DNA of 64,000 bases from Saprospiraceae bacterium (GCA_031424515.1 JANPHO010000681.1:189-64188), one strand, 5' to 3'; positions 48,926-59,469 are shown, counted from the first letter of the stretch. Numbers and translations: made by a program. Notes: a model not told the origin generated them from the sequence alone.

Positions 48926-51001
48926 TTATGCTGCCATTTCTAAAGCGAGTCTTTTTGCTTTGGGCAATGTGAAATAGAATGTTGTACCTTCTCCGAGCGT
49001 GGATTCTAACCATATTTTACCACCGTAGGTTTCTACTATGCGCATGCAGAACGCTAAACCAATACCTGTACCATCAAATTCAGATTGTGTATGTAGACGC
49101 CGGAACATGGCGAAGATATTCTCATAGTTTTCGGGAGCAATGCCAATGCCATTGTCTTTGATAGAAAATACACATTCTTGGCGTTCGTTGTGCTGTAGAT
49201 TTATCTTTATAGTTGGCTGTTCGGATGTATTGTATTTGATGCCATTATTGATGAGATTCTGGAAAAGCTGCGTGATGAGAGAACTATGACCCCTCAGTAT
49301 TGGAAGGTTTTCGTAGATTATTTGAGCATTTTTTTCACGAATTAGGCTTTGCATATTCATTTCAGCCACTAAAAGGCAATTATTAATATCTACATCTACG
49401 GGCTTACCCAAGTTTTTATCAATTTTAGAATAATTCAATAAATCCTCGATGAGCCTTGCGGATTGATTGGCACTGGACTTTATGAAATTAAAATATTCAC
49501 GGTCAGTATCGTCAAATTTAGCTTTATTTCTGCGCTCAAAAAGCTGAGCAAAGGACATAATACTGCGCAACGGAGCTTTGAGGTCGTGTGAAGCAATGTG
49601 CGCAAATTCAGTTAATTCCTTATTGCTGTTTTCAAGTTGAGTTGCGTATTCCTGCAATTTTTCTTCTTTATAGTTGACCTCTTCAAGTGCCGCTTGCAAC
49701 TCTTTGGTGCGTTCTTCTACTTTTTGCTCCAGTATGCGATTTTGTTCACTGACAAGATTTTGACTCAGTTTAAACATCTGAATCATTTCAATTTGCATTT
49801 TTTCCTGCTCCTCTTTAATCAAGCCAAATCGATGCGCAATGGCGTAAGATAGGATAATTGCTTCTGATGCAATGCCCACGTGAAGGGCATACTCAGTGAA
49901 GATACTGTGCGGTATCAGTCCGCTATTTTCAAGTAAAAAAATACTTATTCCAATTGTGAGCGATGCCCAGCCCATTAAATAATATTTGGCAGTGGTATTG
50001 CCTCGCTTCCATATAATAACTGCGGCAATGACGATCACAGTGGTACTTACGGGCATGATTAAATGAGCAGATAAAAGGCTCAATTCAAAATATCCCGCAA
50101 AAGCGGCCATTAAAGATAGACTATAGAAGGATAAAATGATTTTGAGTGCTTTATGAATACTTGGTAGTTCTTTTTTAGTATTTAAAAAATTGACTGTAAA
50201 AAACATCCCAAAAATACCCGCGAGGCTCGGTAAAATGAGGGTGTAATCATTGAGTGAAGGGTTTTTATTGAAAATAAATTCGACTGTCAAACCCTCGTGC
50301 CTTACTATAAATGCACTCACGCAAAACAAATAAAGACTGTAAAGTACATAAACAATATCCTTCAATTTTAGATAAATGAAGAAATTATACAACACCAACA
50401 CCAAAATAACACCATAGAAAATACCATGTAGAAGGTCATGATAATGGCTTGTTTTGAGGATAGATTTATAAGTTCCTATTCTTGGTTTGATATTGCATAT
50501 CCATTTGGCGTTTACATTTAAAAAGTAAGTAATTGTGGTTGATTCCGATTTTTTTAAGTTAAAAGTTATATTATTGGTGTGCAAGGCTCTGGTTTCGAGC
50601 GGGGTATTTTGCCCTGATTTTTGGACATCAATAATTTTATCATTATCCACTGTGTAGAGCGTGGCTTTATCAATAAGTGGAAACATCAACTCAAGGTAAG
50701 ATTGATTAATATCTTTATTTTCCACCGAAAATTTTATCCAAATATTTTTTGGCTTTGAACCGCCCAAAAGGATGTGCTCATTGGTATTGCTTTTAAAAGT
50801 CGAATCTTTTATGATTGCGTCTATTGTCACAGCTTGCGGTTCATTCGATTTTATTTGACAATGCGCACCAATAAAAAAGAGAGTGTCCTCTTGATTTAGT
50901 TCAATCAGATTTTGACTGCTCAGAGTGTTAATTAAGGTGAAAAATGTAAGAATTAAGGTAAGAAACCTCATATTTTGTTGTCTTTTGCGTTTAAATTTCA
51001 T
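48926..51001 (-). CDS. 7TMR-DISM type sensor histidine kinase (orphan)
   Basis: Secreted N-terminal beta-rich domain, then 7 TMs, a coiled coil, H-box ASHDLKAPLR and a HATPase domain (DNGIGI, GTGIGLAFC, GEGTTFYFTLP). Confidence 0.8.
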   Translation of the reverse strand: MKFKRKRQQNMRFLTLILTFFTLINTLSSQNLIELNQEDTLFFIGAHCQIKSNEPQAVTIDAIIKDSTFKSNTNEHILLGGSKPKNIWIKFSVENKDINQSYLELMFPLIDKATLYTVDNDKIIDVQKSGQNTPLETRALHTNNITFNLKKSESTTITYFLNVNAKWICNIKPRIGTYKSILKTSHYHDLLHGIFYGVILVLVLYNFFIYLKLKDIVYVLYSLYLFCVSAFIVRHEGLTVEFIFNKNPSLNDYTLILPSLAGIFGMFFTVNFLNTKKELPSIHKALKIILSFYSLSLMAAFAGYFELSLLSAHLIMPVSTTVIVIAAVIIWKRGNTTAKYYLMGWASLTIGISIFLLENSGLIPHSIFTEYALHVGIASEAIILSYAIAHRFGLIKEEQEKMQIEMIQMFKLSQNLVSEQNRILEQKVEERTKELQAALEEVNYKEEKLQEYATQLENSNKELTEFAHIASHDLKAPLRSIMSFAQLFERRNKAKFDDTDREYFNFIKSSANQSARLIEDLLNYSKIDKNLGKPVDVDINNCLLVAEMNMQSLIREKNAQIIYENLPILRGHSSLITQLFQNLINNGIKYNTSEQPTIKINLQHNERQECVFSIKDNGIGIAPENYENIFAMFRRLHTQSEFDGTGIGLAFCMRIVETYGGKIWLESTLGEGTTFYFTLPKAKRLALEMAA

Positions 51002-51465
51002 TGGATACTTAAACTGGATTTAGGTTTCAAGAGTGTGTTAAAATGTCACTTTTTCGATGTAAAATGACGCGAAAACAGACTTTTTTGGCACATTGTAAAA
51101 TACATCTACTCTTTATAAAAGATTGTACCAATTTCTGTTTTTAAAAGTAGAACCAATGTTGAGGTTTTAATGAAAAAAGTAAAAATAGCCGTATATACTG
51201 AGGGGGGGGAAATAGTGCGGTAAACATTTATCTTTTAAATGAGATTAAAAAATCTTTGGTTTTTAAATTTACTTGGGCTAAAATAATCTCTATTTTCTTT
51301 TCTATTTCGGCTCTAAAAATCAGGTAAAATTCTCCGCTTTGCTCCGCATTTTACATAATTTTCAGCCCGACAGAAAATAGTAATTATTTTTAAACGCCTA
51401 CTTACTCGATTCCATTTCATTTTTTCTACTTTTGCGCCACATTTTACACCTTAAATATAAGTATT

Positions 51466-53115
51466 ATGTTTCCTAAGATAAATCCAACCACCACTAAGTC
51501 TTGGCGCAAATTAACCAAACATTATAAATTAGTAAAAGGCGTAGAGATGAAAACGCTTTTTGCCGAAAACCCAAAGCGTTTTGAGCAAATGTCAATGCGT
51601 TTTGAAGATATTTTATTGGATTATTCCAAAAATATCATCACTGACGAGACATTGACTTTATTGACTAAATTGGCTAAAGAGTGTGGCTTAAAAGCGGCTA
51701 TTGATGCCATGTTTAAAGGTGAGGTTATCAATGAAACTGAGAATAGGGCAGTTCTGCACACGGCACTGCGTAATCGCTCTAATAAGCCTGTACTGGTGGA
51801 CGGAAAAGATGTGATGCCAGAAGTAAAAGCGGTTTTGAAGAAAATGGAACAATTCTGCCAAAAAGTGATTTCGGGCAGTTGGAAAGGTTTTACGGGCAAA
51901 CCCATTACAGATATTGTGAATATTGGGATTGGTGGCTCGGATTTGGGGCCCGTTATGGTGACTGAAAGTTTGAAGCCGTTTGCGAATCATCTGAAACTCC
52001 ATTTTGTATCCAATGTAGATGCTACGCACATAGCAGAAGTTTCAAAAGTGATTAATTTTGAAACCACTCTTTTTTTAATAGCTTCTAAAACATTCACTAC
52101 GCAAGAAACCATGGCAAATGCCCACTCGGCTCGCCGAATGTTTCTGGACATTGCAAAAGATGAAAAACATATAAAAAAGCACTTTATTGCGCTTTCTACA
52201 AATGAAAAAGATGTTGTAAAATTCGGCATTGATCCTGATAATATGTTCGAATTTTGGGATTGGGTAGGTGGTCGTTATTCATTGACTTCTGCAATTGGTT
52301 TATCCATTGGTTTATCCGTCGGTTTTGATAATTTCAAGCATCTTTTGGAGGGTTTTCATGCCATGGATAAGCATTTTCAAACTGCTCCATTTGAGCGTAA
52401 TATGCCTGTTTTAATGGCAATGATTGGGGTTTGGTACGTCAATTTTTATGGTGCTGAATCCGAAGCCATATTGCCGTATGACCAATATATGCATCGTTTT
52501 GCGGCTTATTTTCAACAAGGGAATATGGAAAGTAATGGCAAATACGTGGATAGAAACGGCGAAGATGTAACTTACCAAACGGGGCCTATCATTTGGGGTG
52601 AACCGGGTACGAATGGTCAACACGCATTTTATCAATTGATACACCAAGGTACGCGTTTGATTCCGTGCGATTTTTTGGCGCCTGCCATCAGTTATAACCC
52701 AATGGGAGAACACCATACATTATTACTTTCTAACTTTTTTGCTCAAACTCAAGCTCTGATGACAGGTAAAACAGAAGCCGAGGTGATTGCAGAATTTGAA
52801 AAAGCAGGTAAAAAGAAAGCAAATTACGAAAAATTAGTGCCGTTTAAAGTATTTAAAGGCAATCGTCCGACGAATTCGCTTCTATTTAAACAATTGACAC
52901 CTCGTACTCTGGGTAGTTTGATAGCTATGTATGAGCATAAAATATTCGTGCAAGGCGTCATCTGGAATATTTTCAGTTTTGATCAATGGGGTGTAGAATT
53001 GGGCAAACAATTGGCAAATAATATCCTACCTCAGTTGCGCAACGATGCACCGACCGAGCAATTCGATAGCTCCACCAATGGCTTAATCAATGCATGGAAA
53101 GCGATGAAAGCTTGA
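51466..53115 (+). CDS. pgi: Glucose-6-phosphate isomerase
   Basis: [30 protein letters not shown] and [17 protein letters not shown] signatures. Confidence 0.97.
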   Translation: MFPKINPTTTKSWRKLTKHYKLVKGVEMKTLFAENPKRFEQMSMRFEDILLDYSKNIITDETLTLLTKLAKECGLKAAIDAMFKGEVINETENRAVLHTALRNRSNKPVLVDGKDVMPEVKAVLKKMEQFCQKVISGSWKGFTGKPITDIVNIGIGGSDLGPVMVTESLKPFANHLKLHFVSNVDATHIAEVSKVINFETTLFLIASKTFTTQETMANAHSARRMFLDIAKDEKHIKKHFIALSTNEKDVVKFGIDPDNMFEFWDWVGGRYSLTSAIGLSIGLSVGFDNFKHLLEGFHAMDKHFQTAPFERNMPVLMAMIGVWYVNFYGAESEAILPYDQYMHRFAAYFQQGNMESNGKYVDRNGEDVTYQTGPIIWGEPGTNGQHAFYQLIHQGTRLIPCDFLAPAISYNPMGEHHTLLLSNFFAQTQALMTGKTEAEVIAEFEKAGKKKANYEKLVPFKVFKGNRPTNSLLFKQLTPRTLGSLIAMYEHKIFVQGVIWNIFSFDQWGVELGKQLANNILPQLRNDAPTEQFDSSTNGLINAWKAMKA

Positions 53116-53158
53116 TTGTGGTAAGCATTTTAAAGCAATAAAAATAGGAAAGCATAAA

Positions 53159-53194
53159 GAAACAGGTCGAAATCATGAGATTTTGACCTGTTTC
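53159..53194 (+). terminator. Intrinsic terminator after pgi
   Basis: GAAACAGGTCGAAAT ... ATTTTGACCTGTTTC followed by T6. Confidence 0.8.
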
Positions 53195-53361
53195 TTTTTT
53201 ATTGTTACCCCCTCAGTATTTTCATAATTTTAACCTTAAAAATGCGTTTCAACGTCACAATTAAGTCTTTGAAATAAATATATTTGCTATGTAAGCTCAA
53301 AGGGTTTAATTTTGGAAAAATTTTTAGAAACAAATTACTAAATATTAAAGTATAAAAATAA

Positions 53362-54543
53362 ATGAAATTCCTTTTAACAATTATTTTAGCTTGTTTTGTC
53401 AGTGTGGGTTTTGCCCAAGGTATTAGTTTTGTGGGTGAAGATATGAAGTGGGCTGATGTTTTGAAAAAAGCTAAAACCGAAAACAAGATAGTTTTCGTAG
53501 ATGCATATACGACGTGGTGCGGACCTTGCAAGCAAATGGCGAAAATGGTTTTTGTTGATAAATCAGTTGGAGACGTTTTTAATGCGAGTTTTGTCAACGC
53601 TAAAATAGATATGGAAAAGGGGGAGGGCTTAGACATCGCTCAAAAATACGGTGTTCGTGCTTACCCAACGTACATATTTGTGAATTGCGATGGCGAATTA
53701 GTACATAGGTCATTGGGCATGATGCCTCCCGATAAGTTCATTGAAGTTGCAAAAGCAGCAGTAAATCCTGAAACACAGTTTTTTACTTTGAAAAAAAGGT
53801 ACAAAGACGGTGAAAAGTCGCCTGAATTTTTGAAAACATTCGCCTACACCTGCAATGATGCTCAGGAGCAAAAATTAGCAATGGAAGTAGCCGCGTCCTA
53901 TATGGCTACTCAAAAAGATTGGCTAACGGATGAAAATAAAGCCTTTATAATTCAATTTGCACAATCCATTGAAAGTCCTCTATACGCTTATGTTAAAAAA
54001 AATAGACAGGAATTTGTAAAGAGTTTTTCAAAAGAAAGGGTCGATATGGTTATTGAAAATACAGCCGTAGATAATATAGCTCGATTTTCTTTTGATAGAA
54101 CGAAAAACCAGTTCGATTTAGCCAAAGCTACGGAGTACGGCTCTAAATATCTCTCTAAAGAAGAAACTGAGAAAGTGGTGAGTTTTTTGACATTGCGACA
54201 ATTTCAGATGAAGCAGGATATGCCTAATACCATTCAAACGGCTATCAAACATTTTGAAAAATATCCTTCTGAGGATGCCAATACGCTAAATGAGTACGCT
54301 TGGCTTTTTTATGAGCAATGCGATGATAAATCTCAATTAGGAAAAGCGCTTGCTTGGTCATTAAAATCAATTGAAATTAATGACAATGCAGCGTTTAACG
54401 ATACTGCGGCATCTTTATATTTTAAGTTAGGAAATAAAGCTAAAGCTAAAGAGTTTGCGGAAAAAGCAATAAAACAAGGAAAAGAAGCTGGGGAAGATAT
54501 GAAAGAAACGCAAATGCTTTTGAAAAAGATTGAAACGATGTAA
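53362..54543 (+). CDS. Secreted thioredoxin-fold protein with helical (TPR-like) C-terminal domain
   Basis: Signal peptide, then FVDAYTTWCGPCKQM (CxxC). Confidence 0.75.
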   Translation: MKFLLTIILACFVSVGFAQGISFVGEDMKWADVLKKAKTENKIVFVDAYTTWCGPCKQMAKMVFVDKSVGDVFNASFVNAKIDMEKGEGLDIAQKYGVRAYPTYIFVNCDGELVHRSLGMMPPDKFIEVAKAAVNPETQFFTLKKRYKDGEKSPEFLKTFAYTCNDAQEQKLAMEVAASYMATQKDWLTDENKAFIIQFAQSIESPLYAYVKKNRQEFVKSFSKERVDMVIENTAVDNIARFSFDRTKNQFDLAKATEYGSKYLSKEETEKVVSFLTLRQFQMKQDMPNTIQTAIKHFEKYPSEDANTLNEYAWLFYEQCDDKSQLGKALAWSLKSIEINDNAAFNDTAASLYFKLGNKAKAKEFAEKAIKQGKEAGEDMKETQMLLKKIETM

Positions 54544-54980
54544 TTAGAGGGTGATAGCTACTTTGTAATATTTTAATTTGATTTTCTTTTTTTTAGTAAG
54601 CTCTCTTTGTTGAAATGGCTTTTTTATTAATTTGTGACTGGGTTTATTTGATTCATATTTCATATATTACGTTTATTTGAAATTTGTAATTCATTTAAAT
54701 TTAGTTAATTATTCAACGTAAGGCGTTTTTATTTAGGTATATTATTAATTTGCAGTGACGTTTTTATAAAAGTACGTCTCTATAGATATATTATATATGT
54801 TAATAAAATTGCAATAATTAAAAAATACCTGCGTTAAACTTGTCACGTTTTGTTTAGTCTAAGATTATACATTTAACGTACAAGAGTGATACTTTACAAT
54901 AAGTTAACTTACGCCATTTTGTTTTACACTAACTTTGCAATGAAAACTCTATCTATAACCGATTAAAATACCCGTGAAAA

Positions 54981-55085
54981 ATGGCTCAGTCTCAAGATTT
55001 TATGTTGCTTGCATACCTATCTGTATGCGTAATTTTGATGAATATTCCATCGAAGAAAAACCAAAAAGTAGAAACAAAAGGTTAA
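54981..55085 (+). CDS. Candidate 34-aa small membrane protein (unannotated, speculative)
   Basis: MAQSQDFMLLAYLSVCVILMNIPSKKNQKVETKG has one hydrophobic helix and a basic tail. A TAACTTTG -7-like box is at 54930-54937, and a hairpin terminator lies 8 nt downstream. Confidence 0.25.
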   Translation: MAQSQDFMLLAYLSVCVILMNIPSKKNQKVETKG

Positions 55086-55092
55086 AAACCAA

Positions 55093-55120
55093 CGTCCGAT
55101 TCGAATAGTCGAATCGGACG
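55093..55120. terminator. Bidirectional hairpin terminator
   Basis: CGTCCGATTCG-AATAGT-CGAATCGGACG, an 11-bp perfect stem. Confidence 0.8.
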
Positions 55121-55152
55121 TTTAAATTTTATTCAATCCCAATTGAGTGTTT

Positions 55153-56025
55153 TTAAAAACACTCAATTGCCCAAGTCCTTAAAAAACTATCACCTACCTT
55201 TAAGATATTGATTCCCTCTTTTTTAGTTAAATCTTGAGTCGTATTCACCGAATCCGCTACGCCACACCAAGGCTCTAAGCAAACGAAAGGGGCATTTTTA
55301 GCTGCCCAAATGCCGAAAAGGGGAAAATCCTCGTAGGTCATACGTAACCCGTGCGGTGTTTTATCCGAAAGAATTGCCATTTTTTCTGATTTCAATTCTT
55401 TTAAAACGATGGCATCTTCGTAAAAAAGAGACGATTGCAAAGCAAAATGGTCTGAATCTATCAAAAAAGAATTGCTTTCAGTCAGTAATAAGCCTTCATT
55501 ACTGAGGGGGTATCGCCCAACTGTTTCTGATTGATTCAGCTGAATATAATAATCTTCGTAGCTTGTCCCTTCCACCAAAGGCACTTTAAATGCTGGATGA
55601 CCACCCACCGAGAAAAATATCTCTTGATTAGATGTGTTTTCGACATCATAAGTCACACTCAATTCATTGTCTTCAAGTGTATAATGTAAGCGAAATTCAA
55701 ACTCAAAAGGGTAATTTTTAAGCGTTTCATCATTTGAAACGAGTAAAAAACTGACTTTATCTGCGGTATGATTTTCTACCTCAAAAGTATAATCTCGAGC
55801 AAAACCATGTCGCGATAACGTGTATTTTTTACCATTAAAAATATAGGAATCATCCTTCAATGTACCCACAATAGGAAACAAAACGGGCGATTTTTTACCC
55901 CAATATGCCGCGTCGCCGCTCCACATATATTCGAGTTGATGCTCTTTGTGAAAAACGCTGCTCAATTCAGCCCCTTTAGCTTCAATAGCGACTTTTAAAA
56001 TATCGTTTTCAATAATTACTGTCAT
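55153..56025 (-). CDS. Aldose 1-epimerase family protein (LacX/YphB-like)
   Basis: N-terminal ENDILKVAIEAKGAELSSV, PVLFPIVG, RHGFAR and GGHPAF motifs. Confidence 0.8.
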   Translation of the reverse strand: MTVIIENDILKVAIEAKGAELSSVFHKEHQLEYMWSGDAAYWGKKSPVLFPIVGTLKDDSYIFNGKKYTLSRHGFARDYTFEVENHTADKVSFLLVSNDETLKNYPFEFEFRLHYTLEDNELSVTYDVENTSNQEIFFSVGGHPAFKVPLVEGTSYEDYYIQLNQSETVGRYPLSNEGLLLTESNSFLIDSDHFALQSSLFYEDAIVLKELKSEKMAILSDKTPHGLRMTYEDFPLFGIWAAKNAPFVCLEPWCGVADSVNTTQDLTKKEGINILKVGDSFLRTWAIECF

Positions 56026-56141
56026 AGATGTATTTAATTTTAGCCCAAAATTAATGTATTGCTCGGAGTAAATGCACCCCCTCAGTATTTTTGATAAATT
56101 TTAACTATTTTTATCTACTTTTTGAATATAAATTATTGAAG

Positions 56142-56738
56142 ATGAACTTTAAAACAAATATTTATATCGGGCTGAAAAATAAATACCCCCATAATAAAAT
56201 AGCCTATGGAAGTCAAATTATATTGCTTATCATACTTTTTTTATTATCAAAGAAAATTATAATGAGTAAACCTATTTGGATGATTTTAATTTATATTTTG
56301 CTATTTCTTCCTATTTTACTAAAAATTTTCAACCTATGGCATCAAGAAATATACACATATGATGAAGAAATTTTGTTAGAGATAGACGAAGAAAAAATAA
56401 TAATTGGAGAAAAAATGTATTACTGGAAAGAGATAAAAAATATAAAAATTGATTATCAAGATTATGAAGGTAAGCAGGAATATAAAGGAAGTGGAAATTA
56501 TCGTCCCAATAAATCGGCAGGATTTGAAAATTATATTTCTTTTTTAACCATTGATAATGAGCAAGTTAAGTATAATTTTAAATTAGATTCTGCAATACAG
56601 ATTTACACATTAAGGTGCGTTTTTGAAAGAATGGCAAAACAAAAAACACTAACTTTTGATGTGATAAAAAAATTGTATATGCCAGAAAATTATGCCGATA
56701 CTCAAAAGATAAAGTCACTTTATGAAGCCATAAGTTAG
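56142..56738 (+). CDS. Hypothetical membrane protein (2 TM)
   Basis: Very AT-rich ORF with two TM helices and a soluble C-terminal domain. The ATG at 56142 is preferred. Confidence 0.4.
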   Translation: MNFKTNIYIGLKNKYPHNKIAYGSQIILLIILFLLSKKIIMSKPIWMILIYILLFLPILLKIFNLWHQEIYTYDEEILLEIDEEKIIIGEKMYYWKEIKNIKIDYQDYEGKQEYKGSGNYRPNKSAGFENYISFLTIDNEQVKYNFKLDSAIQIYTLRCVFERMAKQKTLTFDVIKKLYMPENYADTQKIKSLYEAIS

Positions 56739-56835
56739 TAATTTAGGTTACTATTTTTAACATTTATGAGCAATTGCTTCTTATTAATATAGTATTTTAA
56801 ACGCAACCAAACTTTTTAATTCAATCTAAAATATC

Positions 56836-57441
56836 ATGAAATTATGTCTTTCTCTATTATTTTTTATTAGCTTTTTTAATAATGCATTTTCAAAACCATT
56901 ATCTTTTAAAGTGGATACTTTGCCATACTACGAAATACCCAATTATCCTGAAAAATATACTGCTGAATCAGTTGTAGCACGCATGATTGATGGGGTAGGT
57001 TTTCGTTTTTATTGGGCAACTGAGGGTTTGCGTCCCGAAGACCTCAAATTTAGACCAACTCCCGAAGCCCGAACCTCTGAGGAAACTATTGACCATATTT
57101 TAGGTTTATCTACCGTAATTATCAATTCTTTGAAAAATGAAGTGAATACACGTACGGGAGAGGAAACTTCCGCGCTAAGTTTTGAAATAAAAAGACGTAA
57201 AACCCTTGAAAATCTTAAAATGGCGAGTGATATATTGAAATCAGGAAAAGGCAAGTTAGAAGACTATAAAATTGTATTTAAAAATGGGGATAAAACCACA
57301 GAACTTCCTTTTTGGAACCAAATCAATGGACCCATAGAGGATGCTGTGTGGCACGTGGGGCAAGTGGTATCTTTCAGGAGGTCTTCAGGGAATCCATTCA
57401 ATTCAAAAGCCAGCGTTTTGACTGGGAAAGTGAGGAAATGA
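56836..57441 (+). CDS. Hypothetical secreted protein (DinB-like guess)
   Basis: Signal peptide. YWATEGLRPEDLKF...IDHILGL resembles DinB-superfamily helices. Weak call. Confidence 0.4.
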   Translation: MKLCLSLLFFISFFNNAFSKPLSFKVDTLPYYEIPNYPEKYTAESVVARMIDGVGFRFYWATEGLRPEDLKFRPTPEARTSEETIDHILGLSTVIINSLKNEVNTRTGEETSALSFEIKRRKTLENLKMASDILKSGKGKLEDYKIVFKNGDKTTELPFWNQINGPIEDAVWHVGQVVSFRRSSGNPFNSKASVLTGKVRK

Positions 57442-57473
57442 AAACGAGTGTTTCAATTTTAATAAAAAAATAC

Positions 57474-57498
57474 CCCCTCAGTATTGCATACTCAGGGG
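57474..57498. terminator. Hairpin formed by an inverted pair of the dispersed 10-mer
   Basis: CCCCTCAGTA-TTGCA-TACTCAGGGG (9 of 10 bp pair) in the 95-nt spacer between convergent genes. Confidence 0.6.
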
Positions 57499-57536
57499 GA
57501 TTTTCAATGGGAAATTATAAGTTATATTCGTCTGTT

Positions 57537-58193
57537 TTATAATGCGTCAATTGCTTTTTTGATGTGCTTATTGGCTTCACGGATTTCGTCCGTAAAATCC
57601 TCATATTTGTCTTTAACACCATCCCATTTATCTTCTGCTTTTGACATTAAGGTGTTGATTTCCTTACGGGCTTGCTGCATTTTATCTTTAAATAGCTGAC
57701 CTGTGTCAATACTTTTGGATTCAAATTTCTTTTTTAAAATCTCAAATTTCAATTTCAATTTTTCTGTTTCGGCAACGTAGAAGTTTTTTGCGTTTGCAAA
57801 TTCATCTCTGCTTTTCAGTTCAACTTCCAAATCATGTAAAGATTTTGTGATTTTATGGCGTTGTTCTTCAAAAAACTCAACAGTTTCGGCTTTTCCGAGC
57901 GCAAATTGTACTTCTAAATCGTCTAATTGTTCGCGTAGTGCATGTACGCGCTCTTCGCCAGCTGCTAATATTAAGGAATTTCTCAAATCCTGAAAAGTTG
58001 ATTTTGAAGCTTTCTTGATTTCATCAAATTTATCAGCTGCTTCAGCTTTACCCAACGCAAATTGAACGGCTAAATCGTCAATTTCTTCTTGAGTTTTAAC
58101 CAATGATTTAGCAATTTTTACTAAAATCGGTTTTGATGCGGTGCTTTTCATAGTTTCCATTTTATAATTTTTTTCTGTTAAATGATACCACAA
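57537..58193 (-). CDS. Hypothetical coiled-coil protein with internal repeats
   Basis: Repeats DDLAVQFALGKAEAADKFDEIKK and DDLEVQFALGKAETVEFFEEQRH. Fully helical and charged. Confidence 0.55.
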   Translation of the reverse strand: MWYHLTEKNYKMETMKSTASKPILVKIAKSLVKTQEEIDDLAVQFALGKAEAADKFDEIKKASKSTFQDLRNSLILAAGEERVHALREQLDDLEVQFALGKAETVEFFEEQRHKITKSLHDLEVELKSRDEFANAKNFYVAETEKLKLKFEILKKKFESKSIDTGQLFKDKMQQARKEINTLMSKAEDKWDGVKDKYEDFTDEIREANKHIKKAIDAL

Positions 58194-58362
58194 AACTATA
58201 GTCAGTACATTGATTTAAAAATGATTTCTATCATTGAAGAGCCGTTTTTAATCATCTTCTCGTCTAATCAGCATCATTGCGGATCCCCTCAGTATAGTCG
58301 AGTTTTGTAGTTATAAATAAGGCATTTAAGCACATTTTTTAATATCAAAAAACCGTTTAATT

Positions 58363-58992
58363 ATGAAAAATTTAGTGTTTTTAAGCTATTTACTTGTTTT
58401 AATGTCAAGTTGTAATGCTTACACCGATATTTATTCTACCACCTCACCAGACGCTAAATTCAGTAAATATAAAACTTTCGCCTGGTTGACGGATAAGGCA
58501 GATACTGTCAATTCGCCCTACAATAATGAAATAATTCGCAATAATATCCGTAATTATTTCAGTAAAGCCATGTCTGATAGAGGCTTTCAGGTGGATACCG
58601 AAAGCCCTGATATGTTGCTCGAATTGGTGGTTAAAAACACCCCCCATACGACTGTCACCCGCACTTATGACGATAATTACTACCGCTATCATAGATATTA
58701 CTATCGGAGCGTGTATTATTCACCCTTCCGCAATCGGTATTATTATACTTGGTATCCCAATTATGTGTATATGCGGCCGCCAGCGTTCTCTAATTATACG
58801 GATACGCACATGAACAATTCTGTGGTGTTGAATGTGGTGGATGCAAAGGAGAAAAAATTGCTTTGGGTGGGTTCAGTGGAGGCAGATATTTATGACCCCT
58901 CAGTCATAGAACGGGATATTCACCCTGCGATAGAGAAATTGATGGCTCGTTTCCCCGTAAAACCTTTGGATAAAACGGTAGCGATGAAATAA
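58363..58992 (+). CDS. DUF4136-like lipoprotein with Tyr/Arg-rich insert
   Basis: Lipobox LMSSC and the YKTFAWL motif. The insert is YDDNYYRYHRYYYRSVYYSPFRNRYYYTWYPNYVY. Confidence 0.5.
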   Translation: MKNLVFLSYLLVLMSSCNAYTDIYSTTSPDAKFSKYKTFAWLTDKADTVNSPYNNEIIRNNIRNYFSKAMSDRGFQVDTESPDMLLELVVKNTPHTTVTRTYDDNYYRYHRYYYRSVYYSPFRNRYYYTWYPNYVYMRPPAFSNYTDTHMNNSVVLNVVDAKEKKLLWVGSVEADIYDPSVIERDIHPAIEKLMARFPVKPLDKTVAMK

Positions 58993-59019
58993 TATTTAAT
59001 ACAAGGGACAAAGTAAAAA

Positions 59020-59055
59020 AGAGTCAGCTGGATTATCGATAATCCAACTGGCTCT
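59020..59055. terminator. Bidirectional palindromic terminator
   Basis: AGAGTCAGCTGGATTATCG / CGATAATCCAACTGGCTCT with A-run and T-run flanks. Confidence 0.75.
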
Positions 59056-59076
59056 TTTTTATTAAAACGCAGATTA

Positions 59077-59469
59077 TTACTTATCCGCCCAATAATCTAT
59101 CACCAAAACTTTATCTAAATGAGGTCCGAGTATAGCTCCAAATGCTTTGTGGTCGGGATGTGGCAAGTAAATAGCCCGGTCTTTTTCAGAAGCAAAAGTG
59201 AGAAAAAAGCAATGCGTGAAACCTTGGTTGAGGTTTTCAGGGCTATTGTTTAAGCCCCATTCGTAAGATTTAATCACTTTTATTTTTTTCGGTAAATCCC
59301 TAAAAGCGGCTTCAACTTTTTTAACGTCTTCGGCACTGCTTGTTTCTTTGAATTTAAATAAAACAACGTGGCGCAGCACTTTCACTGGCGCGGCTTTTTT
59401 CTTTGTCTGTGCATTCATAGTAATACTGACGGCAAGTAATAAAAGAATGATGGATGTGATTTTTTTCAT
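59077..59469 (-). CDS. Dabb (stress-responsive alpha/beta barrel) family protein, secreted
   Basis: Signal peptide, then LRHVVLFKFKE...SYEWG...HPDHKAF, the Dabb pattern. Confidence 0.8.
   Translation of the reverse strand: MKKITSIILLLLAVSITMNAQTKKKAAPVKVLRHVVLFKFKETSSAEDVKKVEAAFRDLPKKIKVIKSYEWGLNNSPENLNQGFTHCFFLTFASEKDRAIYLPHPDHKAFGAILGPHLDKVLVIDYWADK

Noticed and set aside
53205-53636. 143-aa minus-strand ORF overlapping the start of the thioredoxin-fold gene
   Set aside because: It overlaps a well-supported plus-strand CDS and AT-rich spacer, and the sequence looks non-protein-like.
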